DNA of 51,585 nucleotides from Nitrospirota bacterium. Its GTDB lineage: Bacteria; JACPQY01. Below, piece after piece: positions 38,932 to 51,481 of this stretch (position 1 is its first letter; each line of letters opens with the position of its first letter). The notes under the pieces were generated by a model that did not search any database, was not told where the DNA came from, and was given only the letters and a program-made list of their open reading frames with translations. The stretch lies in contig JACPAV010000040.1 in the NCBI GenBank assembly GCA_016180645.1, positions 1 through 51,585 on the forward strand, given 5' to 3'. The translations under genes were made by a program, and so were the position numbers.

Positions 38932-40640
38932 GAATCTCCCGAGGACGGTTCGCCGCCATGTACGGTCCCACCGTGGGTGACCGAATTCGTCTCGGCGACA
39001 CGGACCTCTGGATCGCCATCGAGCGGGATCTTACCCGTCCGGGTGAGGAGGCCAAGTTTGGAGGCGGGAAGGTCGTGCGTGACGGCATGGGTCAGTCCGC
39101 GGTAGCCACGCGGAAGGGCGGCGCTCCAGACCACGTTATTACGAACGTCGTCATCTTGGATCATTCGGGGATCGTCAAGGCCGATGTCGGAATTCGTGGC
39201 GGGATCATCGTGGCCATCGGGAAGGCCGGGAACCCGGATACCATGGACGGCGTTCATCCGGCCCTGGTGATCGGCGCATCGACCGAGGTGACCAATGGAG
39301 ACGGAATGATCCTGACCGCGGGGGGAATTGACACGCACATCCACTTCATCTGTCCGCAGCTTGTGGAGACCGCTCTCGATGCCGGACTGACGACGCTCAT
39401 CGGCGGGGGCACGGGTCCGGCCACGGGTACCCGCGCCACAACCTGTTCGCCCGGCGAGTGGAACATCGCCAAGATGATCGAATCCGTGGAAGGGATGCCG
39501 ATGAACTTCGGGTTTCTCGGCAAAGGCAACGCTTCCGGAAAAGAACCGCTGCGGGAACAGATCTTGGGCGGCGCCATCGGACTGAAGCTGCATGAGGATT
39601 GGGGGACGACGCCGCAGGCCATCGATACCTGCCTTTCCGTGGCCGACGAAATGGACGTTCAGGTTGCCATTCATACGGACACCCTGAACGAATCGGGGTT
39701 CGTCGAGGATACGATCGCGGCGTTCAAGGGACGCACGATCCACACGTATCACACGGAAGGGGCAGGGGGAGGGCACGCGCCGGACATCCTCAAGGTCTGC
39801 GGGGAGAAAAACGTGCTCCCTTCATCCACCAATCCAACGCGCCCGCTTACGGTGAACACCATCGCCGAACATCGGGACATGCTGATGGTCTGCCACCACC
39901 TCGATCCGAATCTCCCCGAAGACATCGCCTTCGCCGATTCCCGGATCCGCGAGGAAACCATCGCCGCCGAGGATATCCTGCACGATCTCGGGGCGATCAG
40001 CATGATGTCGTCCGACTCGCAGGCCATGGGGCGCGTCGGCGAAGTGATCACCCGCACGTGGCAGACCGCGCACAAGATGAAAGTCCAGCGCGGAAATCTT
40101 CCGCAAGACAAAGCGGAGAACGATAACTTCCGAGTCCGTCGATACGTGGCCAAGTATACGATCAATCCCGCCATCGCCCACGGGATCGACCGGTACGTGG
40201 GTAGTGTGGGGGTGGGAAAATGGGCGGACCTTGTGCTATGGAAGCCGGCCTTCTTCGGGATTAAACCGGAATTGGTGTTCAAGGGGGGATTCATTGCGTG
40301 GTGTCAGATGGGAGATTCCAACGCCTCCATTCCGACTCCGGAACCCGTCTGGGGAAGACCGATGTTCGGCGGATTTGGGCTGGCCTCTCCACGATCCTCC
40401 ATCATGTTTCTTTCCAAGCAGGCTTGGAAACGGGGTCTCCACAGGAAGTTGAGACTCGAAAAAACCGTGCGACCCATCGGGTCGGTCCGGAAACTCACCA
40501 AGAAATCCATGGTGCTGAACGACGTGCTTCCCAAGATGGAGATAAACCCCGAAACGTATGAAGTCCGTGCCGACGGCGAACACCTGACGTGCGAGCCTGC
40601 CGCGAGTCTTCCCCTGGCGCAGCGCTATTTCCTTTTCTGA
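38928..40640 (+). CDS. ureC: Urease alpha subunit
   Basis: [44 protein letters not shown]. Confidence 0.99.
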   Translation: MRISRGRFAAMYGPTVGDRIRLGDTDLWIAIERDLTRPGEEAKFGGGKVVRDGMGQSAVATRKGGAPDHVITNVVILDHSGIVKADVGIRGGIIVAIGKAGNPDTMDGVHPALVIGASTEVTNGDGMILTAGGIDTHIHFICPQLVETALDAGLTTLIGGGTGPATGTRATTCSPGEWNIAKMIESVEGMPMNFGFLGKGNASGKEPLREQILGGAIGLKLHEDWGTTPQAIDTCLSVADEMDVQVAIHTDTLNESGFVEDTIAAFKGRTIHTYHTEGAGGGHAPDILKVCGEKNVLPSSTNPTRPLTVNTIAEHRDMLMVCHHLDPNLPEDIAFADSRIREETIAAEDILHDLGAISMMSSDSQAMGRVGEVITRTWQTAHKMKVQRGNLPQDKAENDNFRVRRYVAKYTINPAIAHGIDRYVGSVGVGKWADLVLWKPAFFGIKPELVFKGGFIAWCQMGDSNASIPTPEPVWGRPMFGGFGLASPRSSIMFLSKQAWKRGLHRKLRLEKTVRPIGSVRKLTKKSMVLNDVLPKMEINPETYEVRADGEHLTCEPAASLPLAQRYFLF

Positions 40641-40646
40641 TCACGC

Positions 40647-41336
40647 ATGGAGCCTCTCGATCGGGTGGCCCTCCTTCAGCTCCTGCGGCTGTCCGACTCG
40701 GCGCTCCCCGTGGGCGCCTTCGCGCATTCCTTCGGGATCGAAACGCTCATCGCCAGAGGTCTGCTTCGAAATGCCCCGGCGTTGGACAGCCTGCTCAGGG
40801 CCGAACTCCGTCTGCGCCTCCTCCGGGGGGATCTAGGCCTGCTCCGCCGGTCCTTCGAATCGGCGAAGGAGGGGCGGGTCAAGGAGCTGATCGCCGTGGA
40901 TCATGAGATTTCTGCGCGGCAGGTTCCAACCGAGGTTCGTCGAGCCAACGGCCAAATGGGCCGGGCCTTGCTGGCACTCGTCCGGGATTCTTCCGGTGGG
41001 TCGGTGGCCGGCGAACTTTCAGACAGTGTGGACCAGCGGCTCATGGACGGCCAGTGGATCGTCGTGTTCGCCGCCTCCGCTGCGCTATTTGGGCTGCCGT
41101 TCGATGCCACCGCGGCTGCCTACGTTTACAGCCACATGGCGGCCCGAATCTCGTGCGCCGTCCGCTTGATTCCGCTGGGCCAGACCGAGGGGCAAATCGT
41201 TCTTTCCAATGTGCTCCGGACTTTCGCGACGCTTCCCCTTCCGACCGCTGAAGATGAAATCTCCGATTTTCCGGGCGCGATGGACATCCGAGCGATGGAG
41301 CATGAACGACTCGATATGAGAATCTTCAGGAGTTGA
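40647..41336 (+). CDS. ureF: Urease accessory protein UreF
   Basis: [36 protein letters not shown]. Confidence 0.92.
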   Translation: MEPLDRVALLQLLRLSDSALPVGAFAHSFGIETLIARGLLRNAPALDSLLRAELRLRLLRGDLGLLRRSFESAKEGRVKELIAVDHEISARQVPTEVRRANGQMGRALLALVRDSSGGSVAGELSDSVDQRLMDGQWIVVFAASAALFGLPFDATAAAYVYSHMAARISCAVRLIPLGQTEGQIVLSNVLRTFATLPLPTAEDEISDFPGAMDIRAMEHERLDMRIFRS

Positions 41337-42022
41337 TGGTGACGCATTCCCATTCACCCGTACGGCGATTGGGGATCGGCGGCCCGGTGGGCGCGGGAAA
41401 AACCGCCCTGACGCTTCAAATCTGCAAGGCCGTCAGGGACCAGCTCAGCCTCGCGGTCATCACGAACGATCTGTATACGCGGGAGGACCAGGAGTTCCTC
41501 GTGCGAAACAATGCCCTCTCGGCCGATCGCATCATCGGCGTCGAAACCGGCGGCTGCCCCCATAGCGCCGTGAGGGAGGATGTTTCTCCGAACATGGATG
41601 CCGTTCACGAATTGCTCCACCGCCACTCGAAACTGGACCTGATTCTGATCGAGAGCGGGGGAGACAACTTGGCCGCGACATTTTCACCGGAACTGGTGGA
41701 TGGATTCATCTACGTGATCGACGTGGCGGAGGGTGACAAAATTCCGAGGAAAAAGGGTCCCGGCGTCGTCCTCTGCGATCTGTTGATCATCAACAAAATC
41801 GATCTCGCGCCGTACGTCCGAGCGGACTTGGAGGTCATGCGGCGAGATTCCGAGGCCGTGCGGAAGGGCCGTCCCTTCATCTTTACGAACCTCATGACGG
41901 GTGAGCACATGGATCGGGTGCTCGAATGGTTGATGCACTGGCTCAAAACGCTGCCGGCTCAACGCCCCTGGGCAATGGACGAAGCGCACGCGCATGAAGG
42001 CCGTTCTCACCGCCACGTTTGA
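41336..42022 (+). CDS. ureG: Urease accessory GTPase UreG
   Basis: [27 protein letters not shown]. Confidence 0.97.
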   Translation: MVTHSHSPVRRLGIGGPVGAGKTALTLQICKAVRDQLSLAVITNDLYTREDQEFLVRNNALSADRIIGVETGGCPHSAVREDVSPNMDAVHELLHRHSKLDLILIESGGDNLAATFSPELVDGFIYVIDVAEGDKIPRKKGPGVVLCDLLIINKIDLAPYVRADLEVMRRDSEAVRKGRPFIFTNLMTGEHMDRVLEWLMHWLKTLPAQRPWAMDEAHAHEGRSHRHV

Positions 42023-42821
42023 GGCCGGACTCGATGGGAAAACGATCCCGAAGATCCGCCAAGAACCTCCGCTAACGGCCAACTGGACCGACGGTCCGAA
42101 CGGCTGCATCCTCTACACCTCCAATCAGGCGGGAGTCCTGCTTGGGGGTGACGAGCACACATACAACTATCGAGTCCACCCTGGAGCGCATGCCGTCATC
42201 ACCGGCGTGTCGGCCTCCAAGTACGGATCGCAACGACAGGCTGCCGCCAGCGAGCAGACGCTGTTGCGTGTTGATGACGGTGGGATCCTGGAATGGATCC
42301 CGGAACCCCAAATCGTCTTTGCGGGGGCCAATACACGACAAGACGTGAAGGTGGAGATCGCTCCTTCATCCCGCCTCATCTTCTTTGCGCTTCATTCGGT
42401 GGGCCGGGTCGCTTCAGGGGAACGGCATCGCTACGAACGGTGGCAACAGAGGGTCGTGATCCTGCGCGGCGACGAACCGCTCCTGATCGAGACCTGGGAT
42501 GTTCGGCCGCGGGAAGCCGGCGCGGAAATCGAAACTCTCATGGAAGGGTATTCCTATGCAGGTCTGGGATTCGTCGCCGACGGACAAGGTGAGACGCTAC
42601 CCCTGCTGGCGCGATCGCTCGGTCCGGTCCTTGGGGAGGGTGACGGTGGCGATGTGCGACCGCCTTGGATTGGGGGCGTTTCGACGGCCCGAACCGGCGA
42701 TCTCGTCATCCGGTGGTTGTGTGACTCCGCTGCCGACAGTCGCCGCCTCATGATGGAAACCTGGTCCATCGCCCGCCGGGCGCTCCTGGGCCTGGACCCT
42801 CCCGAGCTGGGCAAGTTCTGA
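41994..42821 (+). CDS. ureD: Urease accessory protein UreD
   Basis: [28 protein letters not shown]; operon position. Confidence 0.85.
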   Translation: MKAVLTATFEAGLDGKTIPKIRQEPPLTANWTDGPNGCILYTSNQAGVLLGGDEHTYNYRVHPGAHAVITGVSASKYGSQRQAAASEQTLLRVDDGGILEWIPEPQIVFAGANTRQDVKVEIAPSSRLIFFALHSVGRVASGERHRYERWQQRVVILRGDEPLLIETWDVRPREAGAEIETLMEGYSYAGLGFVADGQGETLPLLARSLGPVLGEGDGGDVRPPWIGGVSTARTGDLVIRWLCDSAADSRRLMMETWSIARRALLGLDPPELGKF

Positions 42822-42829
42822 CGCCGCGT

Positions 42830-44137
<1,308 letters not shown>

Positions 44138-44231
44138 GTTTGGATGACCGGAAACGTATTCGCCTTTTCGCGATCGTGCAAGTCTCTTCATGCTCCCGCA
44201 TTCGTCAGCAGTGACGTGTTTGCATCATGGC

Positions 44232-44260
44232 ATGACATCGATACGTAAGGGCGATAGAAT
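44232..44260 (+). promoter_or_regulatory. Sigma70-type promoter giving a leaderless antitoxin transcript, with an overlapping palindrome
   Basis: ATGACA-17 nt-TAGAAT, ATG at 44267; TCATG-G-CATGA palindrome at 44225-44235. Confidence 0.55.
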
Positions 44261-44266
44261 TCGGGA

Positions 44267-44515
44267 ATGCGAAAAACATTGATCCTTGCGGGCGATGTGG
44301 CCGCCAAGCTTCACCGGATTCAGAAATCCCGCAAGGCGAGCTTCAAGGACGTGGTGAACGAAGTTCTTCGAGAGGGGCTGAAGCATTTGTCCGAGCCGAA
44401 GCTGAACCGAATTCCTTATCGGACAGAATCCGCTTCGCTCGTCCGATGCTTGATCGAAGGCATCGACGATGTGTCGGAGGCGATTGCTGCTGCGGAAGGC
44501 AACGCCTCCAGGTGA
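44267..44515 (+). CDS. VapB-type ribbon-helix-helix antitoxin
   Basis: MRKTLILAGDVAAKL...SFKDVVNEVLREGL; GTGA overlap with a PIN remnant. Confidence 0.8.
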   Translation: MRKTLILAGDVAAKLHRIQKSRKASFKDVVNEVLREGLKHLSEPKLNRIPYRTESASLVRCLIEGIDDVSEAIAAAEGNASR

Positions 44516-44598
44516 TTTTCAACGACTTGACGCTTTGCTCCACCGACGGCGATTTCGCTCGTTTCCGCGGCCTCCGCTGGCAGAATCCTCTGGCCTGA
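44512..44598 (+). pseudogene. Internally deleted VapC/PIN toxin remnant
   Basis: 28 codons, MIFNDLTLCSTDGDFARFRGLRWQNPLA, matching the typical VapC C-terminus. Confidence 0.8.
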
Positions 44599-44599
44599 A

Positions 44600-45691
44600 T
44601 CACGCACGGAGCCTGAAGCACTTCAATTCTGTCGGAGGGACAGTCCTTTCGTCCCAACTCGGCAGGATCTTGAAACCGGTGATGCCGACGTAGACCTCGC
44701 GGCCGGTTTCGAACCCGCTCGCCACCGAGATCCCCTCGGGAACGTGAGCGATGACCCGCTTTCCGTCACCGACATCCAATACCAACTCGATCACCGGCCC
44801 TCTGAAACGTGCGCTCTCGATTTGCGCCGGCACTTGCATGGTTTCCTGGCGGGAGGTGACGTACACGTCGTGCGGCCTGAAGAAAACCCGCACCTTGCCG
44901 CCGGGAGGGAATCCGTTGGCGCTGAACTCGAATCCGCCCCAATGCGCGAGACCGGGCTCGACCACGTCCGCTTCCATGAAATTCGATTCGCCGACGAACT
45001 CCGCCACGAAGTTGGTTGCGGGATGATCGAAAATCTCCCGCGGTGTGCCGTCCTGCTCGATGCGGCCGTGGTTCATCACGATGATGCGGTCGGCCACTTC
45101 CAGCGCTTCGTGCTGATCATGGGTGACGAACAGCGTCGTCGTCCGCGTTTTCTCGTGCAGCCGCCTGATCCATTCGCGAAGCTCCTCCCGCACTTTCGCG
45201 TCCAGCGCCCCGAATGGTTCGTCCAGCAGGAGCACGGCCGGACTCGGGGCGAGCGCCCGGGCAACCGCTACGCGCTGCCGTTGGCCCCCCGAGAGTTGTG
45301 ACGGGAACCGGCGCTCCAGTCCTTTGAGCTGAACGAGTTCGAGGAGTTCGGTAACGCGCTGCTCGATCTCAGTCCGCCTCGCCTTTCTCACCTTGAGGCC
45401 GAAGGCGACGTTGTCCCACACCCGCATGTGCCCGAAAAGGGCGTAGTGCTGGAAGACGAACCCGACGTTGCGTTCCCGGGCCGAAAGGCCGGTGGCCTCT
45501 TTCCCGGTGAGGAGAACGTCGCCGCCGTCCGGTATCTCCAACCCGGCGACGATTCTGAGAAGCGTGCTTTTCCCGGAACCGCTGGGACCGAGGATGGCGA
45601 CCAGGCTCCCGGTTTCCACTTGGATGCTCACGTCGTTCACGGCCGTAAAGCCGTTGAATCGCTTGGTGAGGCGTCTGATTTCGATGCTCAC
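44600..45691 (-). CDS. cysA: Sulfate/thiosulfate ABC transporter ATP-binding protein
   Basis: [41 protein letters not shown] start overlapping the cysW stop. Confidence 0.95.
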   Translation of the reverse strand: MSIEIRRLTKRFNGFTAVNDVSIQVETGSLVAILGPSGSGKSTLLRIVAGLEIPDGGDVLLTGKEATGLSARERNVGFVFQHYALFGHMRVWDNVAFGLKVRKARRTEIEQRVTELLELVQLKGLERRFPSQLSGGQRQRVAVARALAPSPAVLLLDEPFGALDAKVREELREWIRRLHEKTRTTTLFVTHDQHEALEVADRIIVMNHGRIEQDGTPREIFDHPATNFVAEFVGESNFMEADVVEPGLAHWGGFEFSANGFPPGGKVRVFFRPHDVYVTSRQETMQVPAQIESARFRGPVIELVLDVGDGKRVIAHVPEGISVASGFETGREVYVGITGFKILPSWDERTVPPTELKCFRLRA

Positions 45692-46527
45692 TGGATGTCC
45701 TCCCTTGTCTTCCATTCCATGATGCTTCTCACGGCCAGCGTCACCAGGGCGAGAAGGGTGAGCAGCGAAGCCACGGCGAACGCAGCAGTGAGGTGATATT
45801 CGTTGTAAAGAATTTCGACGTGCAGGGGGACCGTGTTGGTCAGCCCCCTCACGTGGCCGGATACGACCGAGACCGCGCCGAACTCGCCCATCGCTCTCGC
45901 GTTGCAGAGGATTACGCCGTAGAGGAGACCCCACTTGACGCTTGGGAGCGTGACGCTCCGAAACGTCTGCCATCCGTTTGCGCCGAGGACGGCGGCCGCC
46001 TCTTCCTGCTCCTTGCCTTGCTCTTGCATGACGGGGATCAGTTCGCGCGCGACGAAGGGGAACGTGACGAAGATCGTGGCGAGGATGATCCCCGGCGTGG
46101 CGAAGATGATTCGGAGGTTGTGTTCCACCAGCCAGGGGCCCAGCCAACCCTGGAGACCGAACAGGAGGACGTAGACGAGACCGGACACGACAGGCGAAAC
46201 GGAAAAGGGCAGGTCGATCAGCGTTACGAGCGTCTGTTTCCCACGGAACTCGAACTTGGCAATGGCCCACGCCGCCGCCAATCCGAAGAGCGTGTTGAGT
46301 GGCACCACGATGGCCGCCGTGAGGAGAGTCAGCCGAATGGCGTCCAGAGTCATCGGCTCCCGGATGGCGGCCCAATACATCGCAAGGCCCTTTTGGAACG
46401 CCTGAGTGAACACCGCAACGAGCGGGGTAAAAATGAACAGGCCGAGAAAGACCAGCGCCGTGCCGATCAGGAGCCTGCGGACCCACGCGGGCTCGGCGTC
46501 CATCTTTCGTGCAACGTCGGATCTCAT
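45688..46527 (-). CDS. cysW: Sulfate ABC transporter permease
   Basis: [40 protein letters not shown]. Confidence 0.96.
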   Translation of the reverse strand: MRSDVARKMDAEPAWVRRLLIGTALVFLGLFIFTPLVAVFTQAFQKGLAMYWAAIREPMTLDAIRLTLLTAAIVVPLNTLFGLAAAWAIAKFEFRGKQTLVTLIDLPFSVSPVVSGLVYVLLFGLQGWLGPWLVEHNLRIIFATPGIILATIFVTFPFVARELIPVMQEQGKEQEEAAAVLGANGWQTFRSVTLPSVKWGLLYGVILCNARAMGEFGAVSVVSGHVRGLTNTVPLHVEILYNEYHLTAAFAVASLLTLLALVTLAVRSIMEWKTREDIQ

Positions 46528-47402
46528 CGCCTGGCGCTCCGTGCCTGAAGAATGTTCACGGCGAAGAACAGGAGAAACGAAGCGATGAGCATCGCCACGG
46601 CCACGGCGGTCGCCCCGGCATAGTCGTACTGCTCGAGCTTCGTGATGATGAGCAGCGGCGCGATCTCGGTCTTCATCGGCATGTTCCCGGCGATGAAAAC
46701 AACCGATCCGTACTCGCCCACGGCACGTGCGAAGGCCAGGACGAAGCCGGTGAGGAGCGCGGGAGCCAGTCCCGGTAGGATCACGCGGAGGAACGTCTGG
46801 AAGCGGCCGGCGCCCAGGCAGGCCGCCGCCTCTTCGACATCCGGATCGAACGCTTCCAGGACCGGTTGCACGGTCCGAATTACAAACGGCATCCCGATGA
46901 AAACGAGCGCCACCACCACGCCCAGCGGCGTGTACGCCACGCGAATCCCGAGCGAGGCCAGCGGGGCTCCGAGCCATCCGGTCGGCGCAAACAGGAAGGT
47001 GAGGGTGATCCCGGCGACGGCGGTCGGGAGCGCGAACGGGAGGTCTACGAACGCATCCACAAACCGCCGTCCTGGAAACCGATAGCGCGCCAGCACCCAT
47101 GCTGTCAGCAACCCGAAGGGGAGGTTGATCACAGCGGCGACGAGCGAGGCTCCGAAGCTGAGACGATACGAGGCCAGTACGCGCGGCGACGTGACGATTC
47201 CCAGGAAATCGGGCCAGGCGAGCGTGGCCGCTTTCAGAAACGTTGCCGAGAGCGGGATCAACACGATGAGCGTGAGATACGTCAGCGTGAATCCCAGCGT
47301 GAGTCTGAACCCGGGGAGGACGCGGCGGCGAGGCCGGGCAAATCCCCCCCACCCCCCTGAGGAGGGGGGAGGGGGGGCACTGAGGGGAGGATTCGTCACC
47401 AT
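46524..47402 (-). CDS. cysT: Sulfate ABC transporter permease
   Basis: [41 protein letters not shown]. Confidence 0.96.
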   Translation of the reverse strand: MVTNPPLSAPPPPSSGGWGGFARPRRRVLPGFRLTLGFTLTYLTLIVLIPLSATFLKAATLAWPDFLGIVTSPRVLASYRLSFGASLVAAVINLPFGLLTAWVLARYRFPGRRFVDAFVDLPFALPTAVAGITLTFLFAPTGWLGAPLASLGIRVAYTPLGVVVALVFIGMPFVIRTVQPVLEAFDPDVEEAAACLGAGRFQTFLRVILPGLAPALLTGFVLAFARAVGEYGSVVFIAGNMPMKTEIAPLLIITKLEQYDYAGATAVAVAMLIASFLLFFAVNILQARSARR

Positions 47403-48434
47403 TCATCTCCCCGGCTGATAGATCTGATCGAAGATGCCGCCGTCGCTGAAATGCGTTTTCTGGGCCTTCTGCCAGCCGCCAAACACCTCATCGATGGTGA
47501 AGAGGTTCAGTTTGGGAAAGCGGTCGGCGGTTGCGGCGGCCACGGTGGGATCGCCCGGCCGGTAGAAGTTCCGGGCGGCAATCTCCTGGCCTTCCGGCGA
47601 GTAGAGGTACTCGAGATACGCCTGGGCCACGGCCCGCGTCCCGTGCCGGTTGACGACCTTGTCCACGAGACTCACCGTCGGCTCCGCGAGAATGCTGATG
47701 GAAGGGACGACGAGATCATATTCACCGGGGTTCAACTTCCGCGTAATCAGCAGGAGTTCGTTCTCCCAATTGATCAGCACGTCGCCGATGCGGCGTTCGA
47801 CGAACGTGGTCGTCGCGCCGCGGGCGCCGGAGTCGAGGACCGGCACGCGCTTGTAGAGCGCGGTCACATAGTCCTTGGCCCTGAGCTGATCGCCGCCGCT
47901 TTTCCGCAGGGCATAGCCCCACGCCGCCAGGTAGTTCCAGCGCGCGACGCCGGATGTCTTGGGATTGGGCGTGATGACCGAAACGCCCGGCTTCAGCAGG
48001 TCTTCCCAATCCTTGATGCCCTTCGGATTGCCCTTGCGCACGAGGAAGGCCAGCGTCGAGGTGTACGGCGAGCTGTTGCGCGGGAGGCGCTTCTGCCAGT
48101 CCTTTGGAAGGAGGCCGGCCTTCTCGTTGATGGCGTCCACGTCGTACGCCAGCGCGAGCGTTACGACGTCCGCCTCCAGCCCGTCGATCACGGAGCGGGC
48201 CTGTTTGCTGGAGCCGCCGTGGGATTGATTGACGACGACGTCCTGTCCCGTCTTTGCTTTCCAGAACTTCGCGAACGCCGCGTTGAAATCCTGGTAGAGT
48301 TCGCGCGTCGGATCGTACGAGACGTTGAGGAGCGTGATGGGGCCTTTGGCGAAGGCCGCGGGCGCTCCGGGAATGTCGAGAACGGCGATCAGGGTGATCG
48401 CGGCGATCGTTCGAGTGATGCTGTGAATAAACAT
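47403..48434 (-). CDS. sbp: Sulfate-binding periplasmic protein
   Basis: [45 protein letters not shown] before MFIHS. Confidence 0.96.
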   Translation of the reverse strand: MFIHSITRTIAAITLIAVLDIPGAPAAFAKGPITLLNVSYDPTRELYQDFNAAFAKFWKAKTGQDVVVNQSHGGSSKQARSVIDGLEADVVTLALAYDVDAINEKAGLLPKDWQKRLPRNSSPYTSTLAFLVRKGNPKGIKDWEDLLKPGVSVITPNPKTSGVARWNYLAAWGYALRKSGGDQLRAKDYVTALYKRVPVLDSGARGATTTFVERRIGDVLINWENELLLITRKLNPGEYDLVVPSISILAEPTVSLVDKVVNRHGTRAVAQAYLEYLYSPEGQEIAARNFYRPGDPTVAAATADRFPKLNLFTIDEVFGGWQKAQKTHFSDGGIFDQIYQPGR

Positions 48435-48460
48435 GGAAGTTTCTCCTTTGTGTCTTGTTT

Positions 48461-49825
48461 TCAAAACGCGACTTGGAAGCGGTTGAGAACGACTTTCTCG
48501 CTCTCACGGTCTTTTCGGTCCTTCGCGCCTCCCGTAAATCTCGTCTGTTCGTAGTCGAAGACGAGCTTGATGTTCTTGTTCAGATGCCAGTTGAGACCGC
48601 CGGCCAGCGCGATGGCGCTCCGGGCCGATTTGGCAGGATCGGCAAAGTCCGGAAAGGCCGCCTGGTCCACCCGCAGGAAGTGGTACCGCGCGGCCAGTTC
48701 GAGCGCTCCCCACCCGCCGCCCGGCGGATCGAACGGGCGTTTGATCTTGGGCGCCTTGAAACCTGCGTCCTCTCCCGTGAGGAATAACGTGGCGGCCGCT
48801 TGGAACGCATCGTTCTTCAACGTCACGTGCGTTTCCGCCTTCTTGACCTCCTGCGAGGATCGGGCGTATTCCGTCGCGAGGCTGAGTGACCTCCAGTAAT
48901 AGTAGGCCTGTGGTTCCAGACGCGAGCGGGTTCCGCCGGCCAGCACCTCGGAGCCGTAGCTGAAGAAGGTTGCCTGGCCGGGCGTTTTGTAAGTGGGCAG
49001 GTTGGCCGAGCCGCTTTTCCCCTGCTGGTTGCCGTAAGTTACGGCTGCGCCCAGACCCAGACCTTGGGCCGCCCAGACCGAGGTATTACGGAAAGGATGA
49101 GCGAATACGCGGCCGACAAGGTCCTTGGCGTCATGGTTATCGCCGTCTCCGCTTCCGCCGTCGACGACTCCGTTGAATACCCCGAGGGCATAGCTCGCGG
49201 CGCCGCCCGAGAGATCGCCGGAGAGCTGCAACCCGATGTCGCGGTTCGGGCCGATCGACGTGGGGAAGCCCCGCTCAACGAACACGATGTCGGTTCCCGA
49301 TTGGAGACGTTCGAGGTCGAACGGCGCCTTGAACTTCCCGGCGCGCAGTTTGGCCCAGGGCCAGTATCCGATATCGAGGTACGCCTCCTGCACGGCCGCC
49401 TGCCCGTTGCCCCAGTCCGGCAGGAACCGGAAGTCGAACCACTTCGAGACGGTCCCCTCGAAGCTCGGGCGGACCCGCCGGAGAACGAAGGTGTTCACGT
49501 CCGACTTGTCCTCGTCACCGAAGAAGAGCCGGGCGTCCGACTGGATGTAGCCACGGAGTTTGAACTGGTAGCTGCCGTCCGGCGCTTTCAAAAAGAAACC
49601 GTCCGAGCCGGCGCCGACGAGGCCGGCCTTTTTCGCCGCTTCGGCGGCGGCTTCCTTTTCGTTCTCCTGTTTCCGTTCCACGATTCGGAGGCGTTGGTCG
49701 AGGACTTCGATCCGCTCCTCCGTTGTCGCCTTCGGCGACTGTTCTTCAGAGCGTGCCGGTGGCGCGAATCCCATGATCGCGCTACCGAGTGCGCCCGCCA
49801 TCACGAACCACCGTGAGTTCCACAT
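48461..49825 (-). CDS. OprO/OprP-family anion-selective porin
   Basis: Signal peptide, coiled coil, [29 protein letters not shown], terminal F. Confidence 0.9.
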   Translation of the reverse strand: MWNSRWFVMAGALGSAIMGFAPPARSEEQSPKATTEERIEVLDQRLRIVERKQENEKEAAAEAAKKAGLVGAGSDGFFLKAPDGSYQFKLRGYIQSDARLFFGDEDKSDVNTFVLRRVRPSFEGTVSKWFDFRFLPDWGNGQAAVQEAYLDIGYWPWAKLRAGKFKAPFDLERLQSGTDIVFVERGFPTSIGPNRDIGLQLSGDLSGGAASYALGVFNGVVDGGSGDGDNHDAKDLVGRVFAHPFRNTSVWAAQGLGLGAAVTYGNQQGKSGSANLPTYKTPGQATFFSYGSEVLAGGTRSRLEPQAYYYWRSLSLATEYARSSQEVKKAETHVTLKNDAFQAAATLFLTGEDAGFKAPKIKRPFDPPGGGWGALELAARYHFLRVDQAAFPDFADPAKSARSAIALAGGLNWHLNKNIKLVFDYEQTRFTGGAKDRKDRESEKVVLNRFQVAF

Positions 49826-49946
49826 GACATTGCTCCTTTTCGTTACCCCCTGTTACGGGGTTCACGGGATCCTCCGGTCGTCCGGTCGGGTCGCCTTGCC
49901 ATTCAATTGCGCCTCCGTGGGTTCGGTCGGCCTGTTTTTCGCCGGG

Positions 49947-50141
49947 TTACCCCAGCCGTTTGCGCTCGATGCGCTCGATCTGTATGGGCCGGCCCTGGTG
50001 ATACGTGATCACCACGGTGCCGAACTTGAGTCCGCGAGCCGCCTGCTCGATCTCCTCCCAGGGGAGTTCAAGGACAAGTTCCCGCGCCTCGGGGCGTTCC
50101 CGCGAGGGTTTTTCCGTTCTGAGATCAACTGCCGCTTCCAC
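49947..50141 (-). CDS. YezD/DUF2292-family small protein (sulfur-starvation associated)
   Basis: GLKFGTVVITYHQGRPIQIERIERKR; AAGGAGG RBS; first gene of the sulfate uptake operon. Confidence 0.85.
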   Translation of the reverse strand: MEAAVDLRTEKPSRERPEARELVLELPWEEIEQAARGLKFGTVVITYHQGRPIQIERIERKRLG

Positions 50142-50253
50142 GATGGATTCCTCCTTTTGGAAATGGAACGTGGATAGACCAACGAACTGTTGTGTCTTTG
50201 GGAGGGACCACCCCGCGGATGAAACCCGCGGTTACGCAGACAGGGGGTGGCCC

Positions 50254-50358
50254 CTATCTACAGATACAGCGGCAGCAGAAGAGAGAAGAAGAAAAATGAA
50301 CAGGGCGGGGCATCGGACTCGACGCCGTTTCGATTCGGTTGACTGATTGCCTGTTCAT
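50254..50358 (-). CDS. Putative Cys-rich leader peptide (34 aa; 19 aa from the inner ATG at 50313)
   Basis: MNRQSVNRIETASSPMPRPVHFSSSLFCCRCICR*; 4 Cys in the last 7 codons; upstream of the sulfate operon. Confidence 0.7.
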   Translation of the reverse strand: MNRQSVNRIETASSPMPRPVHFSSSLFCCRCICR

Positions 50359-50367
50359 GATTTTCCA

Positions 50368-50396
50368 CTTGTATCCCAACCCTCCCTTTTTGTCAA
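50368..50396 (-). promoter_or_regulatory. Sigma70-type promoter of the leader/sulfate operon
   Basis: TTGACA (50391-50396), 17 nt, TACAAG (50368-50373). Confidence 0.7.
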
Positions 50397-50449
50397 GATG
50401 CTGAAAATGAGGTTGACGCCGGCGCGATTGCGGGGCATGTCATGCGTGA

Positions 50450-51481
50450 ATGAATGTGAAGTCGTGTGCGATCATGTTTGTCGCTGGAATGGTGGGTATC
50501 GGAACCGCCGCTTGTGGCCATCGATCCGGCGACAGAATGGAGCTTTCGATTCCGAACTTCCCGGCGCTCCAGGATCCGTCCTTCGCCATCGATCCGGTCC
50601 AGCTCCAAGCCGAAGCGAATTCCTACTGTGCTGACCCCGGGGCGGGCGACCCGGCGGCCGGGTTCTTCCTGGGCGAGCTTCCCATCGGGGCGTTCGATAC
50701 TTTGTGCTCCGTGCCGCCGGAGAGACAGTGGGTGGGTCCCCTCCTGGGGCTGCTCCACCTCTCCGGATACTTTGGAGGCATTTGGCTCAAAGGGGCACTC
50801 TCCGCATCCGGCGGGGGCCTCGGGTGGGAGGGAGTGGGACAGGAGGTCCCCGCAGATGGTTCGGCGAGTCGTGCTGTCGAAATTCTTGCCGAGGATCGAT
50901 TGGCGGCTGCGCTCAGTCCCATCGAATCGAGTTTGTCTGCGGCATCGCGAGAGGTTGTTCCAGCCTTGCTGGCGATCTACGGCTACAACCTCGGGTACCT
51001 CCGAACTCTGATCGAGCATTCTCCGGCGGGCATGCAACTCCCCACAGGAGTTCTTGAATGTGATTCGTTCCTGGGCTGCACGAGCACGGCGGTGCGACTC
51101 GACATTCTTGAGAAAAATCGCGCGCTCATCCTGAATCTGTCCGCACCGCCCTCCGAACCATGGCGGGAGTGGGCCGAGACCGTCTCGCGGATCGAAGAGA
51201 GCACCACGGGTTCGGGACGAAGCGTGTGGGAGGGGATTCTGTCCGGCTCGGTGGTGAGGCCGGACGCGTACGGTCCCCTGTTGGCCTTGAGCGCGGGGTA
51301 TCTCATGGCGAGCGAAGCCGCGGTCCTCATCAACATGGATGCGTGGGCGTCTGTGGACCCGGGCAAGTCTCGCTGCGGGCTGCTCCTGGACGCGGGTCTC
51401 GAGGTCTGGTCCGCAAGCTATTTCCTTGGACTCGTCTCCCCAGCTCCGGAAGGCACCTTTCCGCGGCTGAGGTGTCCATAG
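50450..51481 (+). CDS. Hypothetical lipoprotein, mostly helical
   Basis: 343-aa ORF with TAAC lipobox; no family recognised. Confidence 0.7.
   Translation: MNVKSCAIMFVAGMVGIGTAACGHRSGDRMELSIPNFPALQDPSFAIDPVQLQAEANSYCADPGAGDPAAGFFLGELPIGAFDTLCSVPPERQWVGPLLGLLHLSGYFGGIWLKGALSASGGGLGWEGVGQEVPADGSASRAVEILAEDRLAAALSPIESSLSAASREVVPALLAIYGYNLGYLRTLIEHSPAGMQLPTGVLECDSFLGCTSTAVRLDILEKNRALILNLSAPPSEPWREWAETVSRIEESTTGSGRSVWEGILSGSVVRPDAYGPLLALSAGYLMASEAAVLINMDAWASVDPGKSRCGLLLDAGLEVWSASYFLGLVSPAPEGTFPRLRCP

Noticed and set aside
44600-47406. Apparent 628-aa and 572-aa extended or fused CysA and CysW ORFs
   Set aside because: Upstream parts are alternate-frame read-through of cysW and cysT; normal coupled starts exist at 45691 and 46527
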